Source: Mycoplasmatota bacterium
GTDB lineage: Bacteria; Bacillota_I; Bacilli_A; MAG-NZ
Assembly (NCBI GenBank): GCA_018394315.1
Contig: CP074575.1
Location: forward strand, 124,001 to 188,000
Length of the DNA: 64,000 nt
Direction of reading: 5' to 3'
Of this stretch, positions 62,390 to 64,000 are shown piece after piece. The notes below the pieces were generated by a model. It ran no database searches, was not told the origin of the DNA, and worked only from the letters and a program-made list of their open reading frames with translations. Each line of letters starts with the position of its first letter. Positions within the stretch are counted from its first letter, which is position 1. A program made the translations under genes and the position numbers.

Positions 62390-62400
62390 GTTACCCTCCA

Positions 62401-63591
62401 TTATTTAACGTACATAGTTGGTAATGCAGCGTATACTGCAGCACACTTAACTAAGTCCGCCTTCCAAGTTTTTTCATTAGGTGCATGTGCTTCCTCTTCT
62501 TTACCTGGTCCAAATCCGATACATGGTATTTCTTCTCTACCCATGATTGATACACCATTTGTTGAGAATGTCCATTTATCTACTTTAGGTGTCCCATACA
62601 TACCTTCATATGCTTTCACCATTGCTTTTGTTGCATCGTGTTCTTCTGGTAATACCCATGTTGGGAAGTAACAATCTGTTTCATATACTAATCCTGTATA
62701 AGCAGGTCTATCATATTTATACATTGATACTACTGCATTATGTTTTTTTACTGCTGGTAAATCTCTTATTTCTTCTAATGCTGATAAATAAGTTTCTCCA
62801 TCAGTAAGTCTTCTATCAATTGAAATTGCACAACTATCAGCTACTGCACATCGTGATGGTGAAGTAAAGAATATTTCTGATACAGCTAAAGTACCTTTAC
62901 CTAAAAATTCATCATAATGTAATTTATCATTTAAAGCTTCAACCTCTTTTAAGATTTCCGCCATTTTATATATTGCGTTAGATCCACGTTCTGGTGCTGA
63001 ACCATGACAAGATACTCCAGCTACATCTACTCTTATTTCCATTCTTCCTCTTTGACCACGGTAGATGTTTCCATTTGTTGGTTCTGTTATTACTACAAAC
63101 TCAGGTCTAACTTTATCTTCATTAATTATATATTGCCAACATAAACCATCACAGTCTTCTTCTTGTACTGTACCTGTTACTAATACTGTGTAACCGTCTA
63201 TTAGGTTTAAGTCCTTCATTATTTTAGCTCCATATACTGATGATACAATTCCACCTAACTGGTCAGACGCTCCACGTCCACCAATTTCTTCTTCAGTTTC
63301 ATATCCTTCATATGGATCAAACTCCCAGTTATCTAAATTACCTACACCAACAGTATCAATATGCGCATCATATGCGATTAAAGTTCCGCCAGTACCCATA
63401 TAACCTAATACATTTCCTTGAGGGTCAATTTCTACTTTATCGAATCCTACTTTTTCCATTTCCTCTTTAATTCTTAATACTGTTTTTTCCTCATCACAGC
63501 TTTCTCCTGGTATTTCGATTAAGTCTCTTAAAAACTTAGTCATGTCAGCTTTGTAACTTTCAGCTTTGTTTTTTACTTCTGTAAAATTCAT
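62401..63591 (-). CDS. ygeY: YgeY-family M20 hydrolase
   Basis: [45 protein letters not shown]. Confidence 0.95.
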   Translation of the reverse strand: MNFTEVKNKAESYKADMTKFLRDLIEIPGESCDEEKTVLRIKEEMEKVGFDKVEIDPQGNVLGYMGTGGTLIAYDAHIDTVGVGNLDNWEFDPYEGYETEEEIGGRGASDQLGGIVSSVYGAKIMKDLNLIDGYTVLVTGTVQEEDCDGLCWQYIINEDKVRPEFVVITEPTNGNIYRGQRGRMEIRVDVAGVSCHGSAPERGSNAIYKMAEILKEVEALNDKLHYDEFLGKGTLAVSEIFFTSPSRCAVADSCAISIDRRLTDGETYLSALEEIRDLPAVKKHNAVVSMYKYDRPAYTGLVYETDCYFPTWVLPEEHDATKAMVKAYEGMYGTPKVDKWTFSTNGVSIMGREEIPCIGFGPGKEEEAHAPNEKTWKADLVKCAAVYAALPTMYVK

Positions 63592-63619
63592 TTTAAATCC
63601 TCCACTATTTTTATTATGA

Positions 63620-63645
63620 ATTAATTGAAAACGCTTTCAATTAAT
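63620..63645. promoter_or_regulatory. cre-like / LacI-family operator upstream of ygeY
   Basis: ATTAAT-TGAAAACGCTTTCA-ATTAAT; the core matches the cre consensus. Confidence 0.75.
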
Positions 63646-63670
63646 CAAGTTGAAATACTCTATATAAATA

Positions 63671-64000
63671 CTATTCTATATAATTATAAATACTGAACTT
63701 GGAAATCGAAAAATATTTTGCTACTTTCTCACCCGATTTGGTTATTAAAAACGCACCCGCTCTATGCAAGTATCTAATTGCCTCAATCTTTTCTTTTTTA
63801 TTCATTAATTCTACTGACTTTCCAACATATTTTACTGATTGTTCTATCAATGCATCTAAAACCTCATTAATATTGGTTGGAATCTTATCAATCTCTTCAT
63901 CTTCTCCCGTTGTTAAAAGTAACTTTTCTAATGCCTCTTTTGCGTTATTAAGATCAGTTATATCAAAATTTATCGAGAATACACCGTTTATTCTATCCTC
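63671..64000 (-). CDS. YheO-like PAS-HTH regulator, 5' end outside the window
   Basis: Manual translation ...GVFSINFDIT...KKEKIEAIRYLHRAGAFLITKSGEKVAKYFSISKFSIYNYIE*. Confidence 0.85.
   Translation of the reverse strand, partial: EDRINGVFSINFDITDLNNAKEALEKLLLTTGEDEEIDKIPTNINEVLDALIEQSVKYVGKSVELMNKKEKIEAIRYLHRAGAFLITKSGEKVAKYFSISKFSIYNYIE

Noticed and set aside
669..63470. Numerous short antisense or alternate-frame ORFs in the track (e.g. 11587-12027, 33652-34122, 51168-51380, 52202-52636)
   Set aside because: They are shadows of well-supported genes on the other strand or frame, with no recognisable motifs.
1..64000. rRNA, tRNA, CRISPR arrays, transposases, prophage or anti-phage defence genes
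   Set aside because: None recognised; almost all sequence is explained by metabolic, transport and regulatory genes.

Overview
AT-rich (roughly 30% GC by eye), gene-dense chromosomal window from an anaerobic low-GC bacterium using standard code 11 (TGA is a stop). An OTC insertion and the gene content suggest a basal Mycoplasmatota/Bacilli lineage such as Haloplasmatales or Izemoplasmatales (inference). Contents in order: RbsR-ribokinase-two nucleoside hydrolases; nadABC; a preQ1-I riboswitch with its queuosine-precursor transporter; rubrerythrin; CdaR-GntP-glycerate kinase; a tightly coupled 10-gene operon ortA-ortB-degV-oraS-oraE-oraF-orr-arcA-arcB-alr that joins the arginine deiminase route to B12-dependent oxidative ornithine degradation, with ord displaced about 4.5 kb away; a Liv ABC transporter whose livG has 57 nt overwritten by a copy of its own Walker A region; a ytlACD-like ABC with a sigmaK-like promoter; panT-coaX; hcp; a vanadium haloperoxidase/PAP2 protein; TetR-AOR-MoaD (ATA start, missed by the ORF track)-Fe-ADH; a degenerate ATP-grasp plus YheC/D pair; a BMP nucleoside ABC transporter; and ygeY-ygeW with a cre-like site and a YheO-type regulator. 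I saw no rRNA, tRNA, CRISPR array, transposase or prophage gene. Product calls come from motif recognition, not database searches.
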